Source of the DNA: Balanoglossus misakiensis
Lineage: Eukaryota > Animalia > Hemichordata
DNA length: 64,000 nucleotides
Direction: 5' to 3'
Assembly: GCA_040954595.2 (NCBI GenBank)
Contig: CM082582.2
Location: 7,876,063 to 7,940,062, forward strand
A program made the translations under genes and the position numbers. Below are positions 30,001 through 45,299 of this stretch, one piece after another. Numbering within the stretch: position 1 is the first letter of the stretch; every line of letters begins with the position of its first letter. The notes beneath the pieces were generated by a model, which searched no databases, was not told the origin of the DNA, and worked only from the letters and a program-made list of their open reading frames with translations.

Positions 30001-32513
30001 TCACAGCTAGTATAACATAGCCTGTCTGTCTGCATGGGTATGACTGAAGCTGTTATCATAAATTAATTACCAGGATTGAAATACTTGCTTTTTTGTCAAT
30101 TTTATTTTAAATCCTATAATTTTCTTGCAAAAAAATTCCTTATGGAGGGACCCTGCACAGTGGCAAGTGTAAATCATCACATGGTGACATAAAGTGGTTA
30201 GTGAGCCCTATAAATATTTCAAGTAATATTTCAATTACATCATGCACATTGGAGGATGAGGTCCCCCAGGAAGATGTTGAAAAGTGGTTTGTAGTCACAC
30301 TACACAGACAAGAGTTTATCTTCATTTTCCTGAGTAAAAATTTGACAAAGCTGTGAACTCGGAATATTTGATGATCCACAAATGCCCCTGCCATGCTATA
30401 ATGATGAAAAATAAAATATTATGTAATTCAAATATTTTATGGACGTTTTAAGGAGAAATATTTATTTATTAAATATTCACATGGCATGGCAGATTATTTC
30501 AGCTTTTCTTCTCCACTTGGTGGCGCTCTTCACAATGCAATGTTAATTCCTCCGGGGGCATATTTCGATGAAATTGATGATGTCATCCAGTATTAAAAGC
30601 CATCCCCTTAAACCATGGACAAAACATGGCTGCTGTTGTTTCCCTCAAATGCACAGTGTATTAACCAGTAATATTCCTCTTCTACAAGCATAATAGACTA
30701 CCAATGGCAGAGCTCCATTCTGACTTTTGGAGGACCAATCAGACAGCTTCTATCACAAGACAGTTGAACATATTTCCATGTTCAACCATTTTGCTTGATA
30801 ATATAAATTTCATTATGAATAATTCATATCCACCCCTGATAATCATGCATGCTGGATGTACAGTACCTCAAGTCTGGTGAAAATGAAAACAAAATTCAAC
30901 CACATTATTAGCATACAACATATGATAAACATTTATTTTATTCTATGTCCACATTGCTATTTTAACAACTTATAAAAAACTCTGCATTAAAAACATTTTT
31001 CAGTGGTAAAAAATAAATCATGAACTGCAAAAAACACTCACTCAAAGCCTTTCAATACTGAGACATAAAGCGCATTGAATGGCAACTGAGGAGGTGGGTG
31101 TCATGATGGGATTACTATGTACTACACTACAAGCTGTTGATGTACTGGTATATCTAATCCTGATGAGGATTTATACACTTCTTAAAATAGTGTAATAGAA
31201 TTCATAGTATTCATGCCAAAACTCAGTCCATGTTACAACATCCTTCATGGGTCTACATTTTATTCTTTCTTTCATTTTTTTTTCAGCTGCATTTCACTGA
31301 CAAAAACATACGCTTTTTCAGGAAATAATGGAATTTTGTGTATTGTGCCATTGTGTGTGGGTTTTAAAACTACAGAAATGCATGTGTACACCCTTCTTCT
31401 TGCAATAACTGTCTTCACTGGTATTTATCTTTTATCTGTGGTGCAGCTTCAACTAAAACCAGCACAAAACGGGTAAATGTTCAGTAATATTCTAAGTTTT
31501 CTATATTTCCCTTTGATCAAACGTCAAGTCGAAAGATGACCCATTCGACCTTACTGTGAATGTAACATAGAGGCAAAAAATATGACATTTCACCATGTTT
31601 AAATGGACCAAACTGCCCACTTTTTGCATTATTTGGGTTATTTTAGGTCCTTCTTATTTTTGGCCAATAACGGCAATTACTATATCACGTTTCAGTGAAT
31701 AGAACAACATGAATAAGCTGTTACAAGAATCCAAAACTACAATAGGCCAATTATCATCAAATGTGAGCGATTTTGTCCCTTTAAGTCAACAATGCATGTA
31801 AAAGACTGATGCAAATATATAGGGCTGTTTCATCGATCACTGACTAACAAAATATATATATTTTATTGACTGCATTGTCACTATTCTAAACTAACATCGT
31901 TCCTGAATTGGTCACACAAAAAACTTACCACTAAACATAATTGAGGCAACCAGGTCACACAAATAAATAAATGGCTACCAAACTGAAGTTATAGAATTCA
32001 CATGTACACACAGTATATTTGCAAATTATTAAAAATTCACATCACTGACATTCCCCTAAAACACTGCACCTTTCAATGAACCCTGTCATACAGGGTTATT
32101 CCATTATTAAGAACTGAGGGGTGACAAACTTCACTACAGCAAACACAAAACATGCATACCACAAGTTTCTGTCACATGGTGAGGTACATATGGCAAGCTT
32201 AGTAAAATGATACGATAAATACAGAAGAACAATCCTGTCTTTACAAATAAAATGTAAAATAATTTAGTGTTTCAGTATATAAACATCGCTGAACCAATTA
32301 CTTAAAAAATATAGGACAGTCGTGCCAACTACACCAAGTTTAAACTTCACTCTTAGAATACGCCATCCAGACAACACATGCATGCAAACAAACACAACAG
32401 GACACAATGCCTGACAACATAGAGGTAAATGTCAGTGTTTGATGCCACAACAAAGGCACCACAAGGTTGGTCTTCACCCAACAGAAGTGTCTCCATCAAT
32501 CTAAGTGTCTCCG

Positions 32514-33191
32514 TCAATCATCCTTGAATCTTGTTCTCCTCGGTGGGCTGCGAGTCTTGGCTGCTTCATCGGCCTCTGTTCTCTTGGCTTTGTCTTCGCT
32601 CTCGTTAGCAGACACCAGCTCACGAATGAACTTGAACCGCGAGAGAAACGCCTTCCACACAATCAACCATCCTGAAATCCCAGATAAAAAAAAAACATCA
32701 TTTATTATAGTTGCCAAAAAAATCTATATTGAGATTTATTATTGACTAAAATATTGTATTGTGAAGTGGTAGATTAGCATGACGTAATAAATTTATTGTG
32801 AAACTGAAACAATACACCATAAATTTGTGTCAAATCTCCCATTTACTTTCAGCATCTTTGGGATTATTTGCGTTCATGGAACCCAGCATTGAATTCTGGG
32901 ATCGAAAGTACCACATTTGTGTCACTGTACCGTATGTTTCATCTGTCGTTGCGTAACTCTACGCGTTGGCGTAGGAAGAGCCTAATCGAAGTAATTACGT
33001 GAACAGGAAATGTTATCAGAATAAACTGTAACAGTTGTACAAGCTGTGTTTTCAATACCAGCTTATTTATTAACACAACGCACCAAGAACTCGCATACTT
33101 ACTAGTAACTGTACTTACCAACGACAACTATTAGTATTACTATAACCAGTGACGCAAACAGAGACGTAAGGGCGAGGATTATATCCTTCAT
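32514..33191 (-). CDS. SMIM13: Small integral membrane protein 13, 2 exons, 76 aa
   Basis: Exons 33191-33119 (MKDIILALTSLFASLVIVILIVVV G|GTAAGT) and 32671-32514. GWLIVWKAFLSRFKFIRELV matches the recalled SMIM13 motif GWYFVWHLFLSKFKFLRELV. Confidence 0.9.
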
Positions 33192-33677
33192 GGTCAAAAC
33201 TAGGCGCCAAACAACACACGTGCACAGATTGCGATTTCCACCGGTGATGAAACTCTGCAGTCAAGGAAGACGGAAGGCTTCTGCTTTGTTTAGAAACAAC
33301 ATCACAAGAAGAATGCCCTCACATGCACAGCCCGGTCACAGTGCAATGTGTTATCTCCGAGTCCGATTCATGTCGAATCTCCTAAAAACGGGAATAAGTT
33401 GAGAAGATCGAGGACTGTTTTCCAAGAACTGATTTAAAAATAAAGAAACAACGGCGATTCGTGACTCAAAAAACCACTTGCGTGCCTTGAATTTTGAATG
33501 TTTTGAACGTCTCAGCGCTGTTGCTTTTGTCCTCAGTCAGCTGTTTGACTAATACATTACAGTACTTCCGGTTATCTCCAGGAACCAATCAAATGCGCCT
33601 TACGGTTAGCCGAAAAAATAAACCAATCAAGGTGCGCGTTACAAAGAGATACATCTTCATCCAGGAAGAAAAGCAAC
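33192..33677. promoter_or_regulatory. Bidirectional promoter SMIM13/PSMB5
   Basis: 486 bp between divergent ATGs; two AACCAATCA (CCAAT) boxes near 33583 and 33622; YY1-like AACATGGCG over the PSMB5 start. Confidence 0.7.
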
Positions 33678-35787
<2,110 letters not shown>

Positions 35788-36740
35788 CCTGAACATTCCT
35801 GCAGAGTTTACACATTTGGTAGTTATTGAAATTTTGTTTAAGAATCCAGAGCAAACCAGAAGAAGGGTTCCAGAATCCCATCACTTCAAGTACAGCATAG
35901 TGCTATTAATGTTCACCCTCAGTTTATTTATGGAGTGGGATTTTGATATAAAAACGAATTGCAGTAATCTACTGGATATGCCAATACATCTAAGATTTTT
36001 GTCTGTTAACCCTGTTTACTGCTTGGTACCCGTCTTTTCTCCAGCCCGGTCATTTTTAGTAGTTGCCTTCCTTCATGTCTGTCAATAACTAGATTGCTGT
36101 CTCGTCTACAAATACGATCTGTACTGGGATGAATGAATGACCTCTGGAGGAGTGTTTTTGCAATGCCTTTGTTTTGTAACGGCATCCAGTGACTGTGACA
36201 CCTACTGTAGTGTTATGGAAGGTGTAAGACCTTTGTGAACTTTCACAATGCCAGAAATAAAGAGAAGTGAATTTCATACATGTCCAGGATCAGTGTCTGT
36301 GTTTCTGTTAATTTTTGATTGTTGATTAAAACCCACACATATTTCATATGTAGTGTTGATAACTTTGACAGAAGGAAAACTGTTGCAGTTGTGATAGGTC
36401 ACCACCAATGCCACATTATTTCTGCTGTACCCACTTCTTCAGTTTCATGTGTATGTGTCTATATTTACTGCATATAGCAAACTGAATAACCAGTGAGTTG
36501 AGCAAGGAATTGACTAATCAGAGAAACTTTTACGAAATCCTTTTGCAACAGCCATACTTTCCTAAAATACAAAAAGATAATTGGCTAATTCAGACGTTTT
36601 GAAACGTCATTCGATTGGTGGCGCTCTCCATACGCGCGACGTGACCCAGAATTTCGGTTCAAAGGTCACATTGTCTGTTGCGGAAGTGACACATGACATC
36701 CGCCGGCGAAGTGACGAAACTGGACACGGGGATGAACAAG

Positions 36741-39700
36741 ATGGCGGTACATGAGTCCATGATTTTGTAAGTTGACTGATTACTTTGATTGTGATGAGAC
36801 CGTAGTTCCGATTTCATGTTGATTAAGTGTTTTGAGCAAAGAAGTTTGAGATTTCGATACTGGTTAGATTTTTTTTAATTAGATAATTAGAGGCGGTACC
36901 ATACACCACCAGGTGGTACGGCCCATCCCGGAGAGATGGGATCGGGCGAATGCTTCGCGACCTCCCTGCTTCCAATATCACCCTGTAGGTGTCGTTTCTG
37001 AATACATTCTGGGCAGTGCGTGCCGTCCCATGTGTGTGATGGATCGATGACACCGTTTGGGCGTGGGTTCAAAAAACTATGTGGTATCCCCGTCACTGAT
37101 CCTACATTGGGGGACTTCTGGGTAGCTCCATTCCAGTTACAGGAGCAACCAGTAACAGTACACCATAGTAGAGTATGCCATTGTATGAAACAAAGACATC
37201 CACCATTGCAACAAATAAGAGTGTACATGTATGCATACTCTGAAATCCCATATTTTGCTGAAGTAATCGTGACTTTTATCCCAAGGACAGAGCAGGGTGA
37301 CATCACTGCAGCTACTCAATCTACCCCTACCCACACCCATATCAGTTTTATGGTCCTATTAATAGTTTTAAACACACACTTCACCTTTCTGTGAAAAATA
37401 CAGTTAGGTGAATGAATTCATTATTATATATGACAGCGGTATATAAGCATGAATTGTGACTATGTAGTGAACTTCATACAACATTAATTAAAGTTCTTAT
37501 TTTTATCGCATTACCTTTGCCCAAAAATAATGTTATGCCCCCCTAGCTCAGACTTAATTTTGCCACCTTGGCAAGAGTGCATAGTATGATGATGTCATTG
37601 CCTTGTGGCCATCATGTAGTGGTGATGTCATCAATTCTGTGAGGGTCATAAATCTGGTTCCCATGTTCATATTCTTCAGTTACTTTTGTTTGAAGGCTTT
37701 TTCATTATACTTTTATCCCCCAGGCATATAACCGATGATAAATTTTACGTCACACCAAGAGATTCGGGAACCAAAGAAGTATTAGTCATCGACAGGGTCA
37801 GCACAGAGCTTACACTAGAAGGTACATGATGAAAATATGATATTCCATTCAATATTTTAGTTGACCTTCATTAAGCTGATAAGCTTCAGATTGCAGTTCT
37901 TATGAGAATTTTAAGTCAGATTTCCCTTTTAACTCATTGGGTCCTGTAACTATTTGAAATACGAATAATTACTTTCAGGAAATGATGGACAAGTGCCACC
38001 GTATGCTATGCGCAAAGGGATCTATGGACTGATGGGTGTTATACGACTTGTAAATGGTAAGTGCCGATAAAAAACATGGAAAAGTAATTTCCTTGTTGAA
38101 TAGAGGAAGAAATAAAAGACTTACTTGTTTGAGTAGCGATGAAAATCTGCACAGTTGCAACTTTTTGGAAAATTAATTATCTGTTGCAATATATCACAGT
38201 GTATTTTACTGGTGACATTTTCACCCAGGTCCATATCTTGTGGTCATCACAAAGAGAAGCAAAGTTGGAGAAATAAACCGAGAAACAATATGGAAAGTAG
38301 ACGCCACAGAGATCCTGGAATACCGCACCACGACAACACATCTCTCAGAAAATCAGGTATGCACTACCAGTGATCTTTTCTTGAGAAATAGTAAAACACA
38401 GAAATATATGTGCCTTGTTATCAAATACACCAGTCGCTGGGAATTTACCATATTTCATAATAAGCCTTCCCCTTGTAAACTTCTTGCAGATGTCACCTTT
38501 AACCTCTGGCCTCTGAACCCCATTTCCTGCCACTTTTGTTTCCATAGATACAAGACAACAAGGTGTACCTTGCCATGGTAGAATCCGTCTTGAACTGGGA
38601 GAACTTCTATTTCTCCTCAACATACGATTTGACGCATACAGTACAAAGGTTGAATAACACAAGTCCAGAGTTCTTGTCGATGGCTCTACATGAACGAGTA
38701 AGTGCCTTAAGATTGTCTTTAATTAAAGGAAATGCTTCAATACTGATCCAACCACGTCATTGAGAACAATGGGGTTGATCCAAACTGTAGTGATGATGAT
38801 ATGATGACACACATTTTTTTCTCTCTCTCCACAAGGCTGATCAGAGGTTCGTTTGGAATGGCCATTTATTGAGAGAATTCACCAACCAACCTGAACTTCA
38901 TAGATTTACCTTACCAGTACTTCTTGGTTGTATCCTTTCATGTTAACTAATTCTGACAGTGAGTTTGTAGGCATGGATGATGGAGTTCCACTGTACACGT
39001 GGCAGTCACTTTCCAAGTGTTCTTCTATAGACAGGCTTTTATAAATACCGTATGCATGAATCCTTCCTTCTGTTCCATCAATGTCCACTTTTTCATTGAT
39101 CGACCTTAACTTGCATTCATTCAGTTGTTTGCGTGAAAACCTGTTCAATCAACGGTAAACAGTTTGATTATATTATGATATCGCGCCGGAGCTGTTTTCG
39201 GGCGGGAGTGCGGTACTACATGCGCGGCGTGGACAGTGAGGGACACGCTGCAAATTACGTGGAGACGGAGCAGATTGTGCAATCGCAGGGAACCACGGCG
39301 TCCTTTGTGCAGGTCAGTGAGGTCACGGTTTTGAATTCTCTTATCGCAGTGGTTTAAGCCCTAAAATCTTGTCATATTTGATGGTGTTCTATTGATGTAG
39401 CACCTGTGTGTCCTTTATCGTACAAAAAAATCAGATACATCATCAAAACGCGACTACACATACTGTAACTATGGATATTCTGTACCATTATCCACTCGGG
39501 CAACACAGCAACACTGTAGTACTACTACTGTACTTTTCACCAAGACTGTCATGGAAGTTTTTCCAACCCGTATCTTCTCTTGCAGACTAGGGGTTCGGTG
39601 CCAATGTTCTGGTCGCAGAGACCAAACCTCAAGTACAAACCGACACCTGTTCTCAGTAATTCACGGAAACAGGTAAAAATTTCTTTGAATTAAAATATTT

Positions 39701-42515
39701 CTAAGAGATACAAATGTACGTGTACTAAATTTTAAGTGTGCTGTGAATTGATATTTACATATCTTCTAGTGGTTACACAATTTTCACATTTTTGACAAAA
39801 TTGTGAAATGTAAGCATGCAAACATGGTGAGTAAAGAATGATACATTATCTACCAGCTTGTTCAACATATCTGTCTAACACCAACCATGTTCATGTTCAT
39901 TTATAGTTAGATGGTCTGCAGAGACACTTTGACAGTCAAATAGTAAACTATGGCAAACAGGTGATAGTCAATTTGGTAAGTTGGAATCTCTTGTATTTGT
40001 AAAGTACAGGCAAATGTAAATAAAAACTTTGTATTAAAAACAAACAGAGACAAAAAAATAATTGACGTTGGACAACATTTCCATTGTTGATTCCCACTAA
40101 TATAGACAATACTCTCTGTATTCTTTGGTGACAGCTTGACCACAAAGGAGCAGAAGACAAGTTAGAGAAAGCTTTTGCAAAAACAGTTTATGAGTCAGAA
40201 AATAATCAAATAAGGTGAGTATTACTTGTGATGAAAAATGTGACACGCACGCACACACACACACACACACAGATTGAGACAAATGCAGGTTGTTTGACAT
40301 GATCATCTATTTGACCAACAGATACGAATCCTTTGATTTTCACTATGAATGTCGAAAGATGCAGTGGCATAGATTATCGATACTAGTTGACAGATTGGCA
40401 AAGGACCAGGAAGAAATGAGGTAGGATTACTTGGTTTTGGAAAAGTACCTAATATTCGCAGGTGCAATGCTGTAGCTTTTGGCTTTGAGTGAATGTAATT
40501 TCTCGAGTAGAGCTATGTACAATGCACTAACTTTAGCCCTGCCAATGCCCACAGATACTTCATGATGCTCCGAGACGGCACAGTCAAGCAACTGCAGGAG
40601 GGAGTCTTCCGTACAAACTGCATTGACTGCCTGGACAGAACTAACGTGGTGCAGAGTTTATTGGCCAGGAGAAGTCTACAAGAACAGCTTCTGGTGAGTG
40701 CAGCATCTTGTCCCACTCCCTACAATACGATGGGTTGCCCCCAGTATTCCTGCTGGCAGTCCATATACCCGCTATGTGTGGAATGTCTGACCATCTTTGC
40801 ACACAAATTTAAAACTGGACGTGCATGCAATTTTATACAACCCTGAAGCTGGTTGTACAAAGTCCACACTATGCTGGGTTATATTTTGTTAAGTATTTAC
40901 CAGTAGTCTTTGACTTTTGACAGGAATTTGACGTGTTGAAACCAGGCCAGAATGTAATCGACCAAGTTCACTTTGAAGAGATATTTAGAAACAGTAAGTA
41001 TGACACACGTCTACTATTTTGACAGTTTTATGTGAAAACAAAAAAGTTGAGACAACCATATCATCATGTATTCGTAAGTCAACACACTTGCCTGTAGTTT
41101 ATAGACCTTTGTAACCCTGCATCTGAATCTGAACTTGAATCCGAATCTGACTTTACAGCGTGGGCAGACAATGCTGACGCCCTTGCTAAGCAATACACAG
41201 GAACTGGTGCTTTGAAGACAGACTATACAAGGTACAGTTTTACATGACTTTTCGCTGTATGATTGGTGCACTTTATCATGAAAATTGTAGAACTTTTTTT
41301 TCAGCCAATATTGTAGTTTGAAATCATTTCGATTGTAATACTGGTAACAGAGGTTCGGACAACTGCTGCTTTCAATGATCATACCTATCTGATGAACTAA
41401 AGCCCTTTCTCCATAACTCCATCGACAGGACTGGTAAGCGCACAAAACTAGGACTGCTCAAAGATGGCTACAATTCGTCCATCAGATATTACAAAAATAA
41501 TTTCTCAGATGGCTTCAGACAGGTGGGTCTTTAACAAATTTTACAGTCAACATCATTTACATATCTTCCGATAAATAAATCAGGAATTTTCTTTCGAAAA
41601 AAATAGGAAAATCTCTACCATCTTTTTTATTGTTTTGCAGGATGCAATAGATGTATTTCTAGGCAACTACATGATTGATGAAGGTGAGGGGTACATGGCT
41701 CCCTCACCGCTACAAAAGCAAAAGGAAGCTAAATTCATTGCTGTAAGTATTGGATACAAAAAGAGGATAACATATAACAGTAGAGATTAAAGTGTGGTGA
41801 GTGATTTGAACGTGAGAGGTTTTACCATGCCTCAAGTGTCCAGTGCAAAGCTTAGAATAAAATACATGACAAATATTGTTTGCTTCTGTGTTTGGTACAT
41901 GTCTGTCCTTGATTCCATTGAAACCTCGTCTAATACAGGAAATATATTGAAATCTGTTAGTACAGGAAATACTAGTACATTGAAACCAAATACATGAAGT
42001 ATAGTGGAGCCTGTCTAATATATATTTTCATTTTAATTTCCAACACAGCTTCCAGTAATTGCATTGGTGGCCCTCTCCATGTGTATAATTTGTCTTCTTA
42101 TTCCGGCAGGTAAGTAGTTGCACCCTGGCCCTTGTACTTCCGGTATTTTAGATCCTTGTCCGATGAACACAGACCTTAAAGGCTGGGCTTCATCAGGAGT
42201 GATTCAGTTTGTTCCTTAGTGCACGCAGGAAAAGTGTAGCACATTTTTGTAGTGAGAGACAAAATGTTGAGAATTTTTTAAATATCTGTTAAGCATAAAT
42301 TTAAAAGTGTAGATGAATAATTTCAGTGATTGCTTTTTTCATTTTTATTTGACGTGCACTGTGACCTTCCTCTTACAGCTGAGTTTTACCAACAAGCAAT
42401 GTACGTTCTGTTCTGGGGAGCTGCGACTACACTCACACTGGCCATCATCTATTACAACGGCACCGAGTTCGTGGACCGACCGAGACTGGCTCAGTCCAAG
42501 CTGAAAATGGAGTAG
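36741..42515 (+). CDS. SACM1L: Phosphatidylinositol-4-phosphate phosphatase SAC1, 18 exons
   Basis: Exons 36741-36766, 37724-37821, 37979-38056, 38229-38356, 38548-38697, 38836-38929, 39125-39312, 39586-39672, 39907-39975, 40135-40214, 40322-40420, 40555-40693, 40924-40993, 41159-41231, 41429-41522, 41641-41742, 42049-42109, 42379-42515. Motifs [21 protein letters not shown] and catalytic CX5[16 protein letters not shown]; two TM helices; C-terminal KLKME (KxKxx). Confidence 0.97.
38930..39124 (+). other. U12-type (minor spliceosome) GT-AG intron in SACM1L
   Basis: Donor GTATCCTTT; branch site CCTTAAC at 39104-39110, 14 nt before the CAG end; frame joins LLG-F-VCVKT. Confidence 0.9.
40252..40271. 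repeat. (CA)n microsatellite
   Basis: Direct reading of the sequence. Confidence 0.9.
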
Positions 42516-44420
42516 AGAAACGATTCTCATCTGTGCTACCTCAAATTGTGCATTGCTGATTTTATTGGTTGGCGGTCTAATGTGTGAATTTTGCCCTCCC
42601 CCCGCTGGTGTCTGATAGAATGATTGCACTGAATGTGCATAAAACTTTATCGTGTGGAATATCAAATGTCTTTGATCTTGGCTAAGGTTGCAATACTACA
42701 AAAAACAAAATCTTTATATTTTGAAAAAGAAGTAAAAATCTCTTTGAGGTTGCTGTGCTTGTCTATTCAGTTGAAAAAAAAATCTGTGATGAAGATGCAA
42801 TTTGTCACTTTATCGGGTTAGGAAAACTTGAATTGAATTGACTATATATGTATATAAAAAGTTTAGCTGGTAAGCTTTTTTACCCTCATAATTGCTAATC
42901 TGTATCATTCTGTTGGCGTTTTGTTCCAAAGTGATTGCAAAGCACAATGAAAGAATTTTAACAACATTCTACGTATGTATGAATTGTGTGTATATGTGTG
43001 TGTATGTATGTGTAAAATCTATGTATGTGTGTGTGCTGATTTTACCTCTGAATTAGAAAAAAGAGACTGGGATATTAAATGCAATTTTAATTCCAGAGGG
43101 TTTGCTTTATAGCTGCATGTATGTAATCAACACACCCTCTCGTCTCATGAACAATGGCAGTTATGTTTCTGTCAAAGGTCCAGACTAGAACAGGCCAATG
43201 ATTTAAATTATTTGACCAGTCAAACATCTCTATTGTTATATTTCAAATCAAAGTATATTGTATTCGCCAAACTTATTTTTTGAATTTCTCCTGTTTATCC
43301 TTTCAAAGCAACATTTTACTTTATTGTAATTATAGTTTCATATTTAATATCTCAATAGAATGATAGAGAATTGGGTAATCCAAATGCAGTATACTGCCAC
43401 TGATGATAGGTAAAGTTTATTTCCAATATTGGTACATGAAGAAGTAAAATTTCCAGGGGAGTATGGGTTTCAGTTGTGTGGTAAAATTGACTTATTCGAT
43501 GAGGAGTGCAAAGGACAATGTATGCAGTAACTTGTCTTCTAAGATGGACCAATTTTTAAGAGAGATTGTGTACATGACAAGCATTGCCCTTTTTTTGGAC
43601 AACTCTTCTGTGAAGAACTGTAACCCTCCTCAAGATTAAAATCGTACAGGGTTTGGGTAATAGGGTTTGGTACTTGTATCCGTAAGATAATTAATTCAGA
43701 ACTTTGCAAGATTTTCAAACCAATGCTATCAGTGACTCTCCCACAAATTCTGTTTAAGGTATATCTTGCTTAAAATCATTCCAGTGATGCAGAGAAATCA
43801 GTCATGTTGAAAATCACTGCACTAAAGATTTCGATGATCTTTCTACGGTCATGATAGAATAGGGCCCTCTATAGGAGAATGTCTCTGTATATCAATGTTG
43901 AGATCTTGATGGAAAACCTGATGAAGCATTTTTTTTTAAATGAGAGAATGTTGTCATGTGAAGCTAATGATGCAATGTATTTCTTTCGGTGGGATTCTTA
44001 CGATAAACGACACCTTTTTCAGGTACTGTGAATTTCCATATTGTAAATAATTTTTGCAGTCGATATAATAAAAGACAAGATAATTGATAAAATGGACAAG
44101 ATAGTCATGGGAAGTTCAAATAGCTTATCTGATGTGATCTTCGTTCTTTCGAATTTCATGAACAAATTATTAACTACCTGGGAAGTATACATATTTTTGT
44201 CAATGATAGAGCAATCTTGTTTGTGTTTGTTTTTCTTCAGGGGCTTCTTGGCAAGCTGGACCTGGATGGTCAAAAAGGGGAAAATAATACCAAGAACACC
44301 TGCAGAATAAAGTCCACCTTTCAAGATATGCCCTGGTGAAGTAGGCTCATGTTGTATGAAGACTGCCCTTCTACAGGTAACACCAACGATTCCATCGCAT
44401 TTTAGACTCTTCTCCAACTA

Positions 44421-45299
44421 CAGTGAAACCTGGCAAAACCGACCTCACCTCGGACCACACATTGTGGTCGGTTTTCACAGTGGGTCGGTTTACTCAGAGT
44501 GGGCGTGGCTTCCCCCTCCCCATGAACCCTTTGACCCCGATCTCATACACACAGTGCACAGCAGACACACTCACGATATGTACACGTTGTACATTCATGT
44601 ATATTTCAAATAAAAGGTTATTAAAAAACTTCTGTACAGTGTAATCTCTGAAAATTGTTAAAAATAAAAAAAGTAAATTCAAGTTCGTTCGTGTGCTGAG
44701 TGGGTAAACAGGAAGACGTACACGGTATTGTTACGATCGCATCGGCAGAATGTTGGGCAATTGATTTCCTGGAAACTACTGAAAAATTGTCGTAAACAAC
44801 ATCCAGTCTATTTTTTCTTCATAAAACTGTCGAGAGATGATTGTTTAGGAAACATCGCTTCTGCAGTACTGTTTGATAAATCGCCGCTCTTGTCAACACT
44901 GCGTGGCCGCACTGTTGGTTGTACACTGTATTGTTTACAAAAAGAGATTCACACCTCGCCACCGGGAAGGCTTATCAGTAAATTGCTAATGAAGTGTTGA
45001 CAAACCGTCGCTTTGACTATTGTTCGGAAGACAGGAAAACCAAAATTAGCACATCGTTGCGGTAATTTTTGATCAAAGACAGGATTTCAACCTTTACAAT
45101 AAAGTGATCGGTCGGTCTATTCAGGTTGAATTTGAGGGGTGGGACCGACCAACGCGGTCGGTGTTCGAAGTAGACAGTGGTCGGTATTCAGAGTGACTTT
45201 TACCATTGGCGTCAATGGGAAATTTTCGGGACTAAACAGATCGGTCGATTTTCACAGGAAGTCGGTTTACCCAGGGGTCGGTTTTGCCAGGTTTTACTG
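44421..45299. mobile_element. Non-autonomous Tc1/mariner (pogo/Tigger-like) DNA transposon, 879 bp
   Basis: 24-bp TIRs CAGTGAAACCTGGCAAAACCGACC / GGTCGGTTTTGCCAGGTTTTACTG (1 mismatch), TA on both flanks, multiple subterminal GGTCGGT motifs, no transposase ORF. Confidence 0.9.

Noticed and set aside
27300-30400. Possible hidden gene between the Cas and SMIM13 3' ends (ORF 30140-30394 and scattered splice-like sites)
   Set aside because: No consistent multi-exon frame or recognisable protein could be assembled.
33181-33189. ATATCCTTC resembling a U12 AT-AC donor
   Set aside because: It is the antisense of the SMIM13 start codons; no plus-strand exon precedes it.
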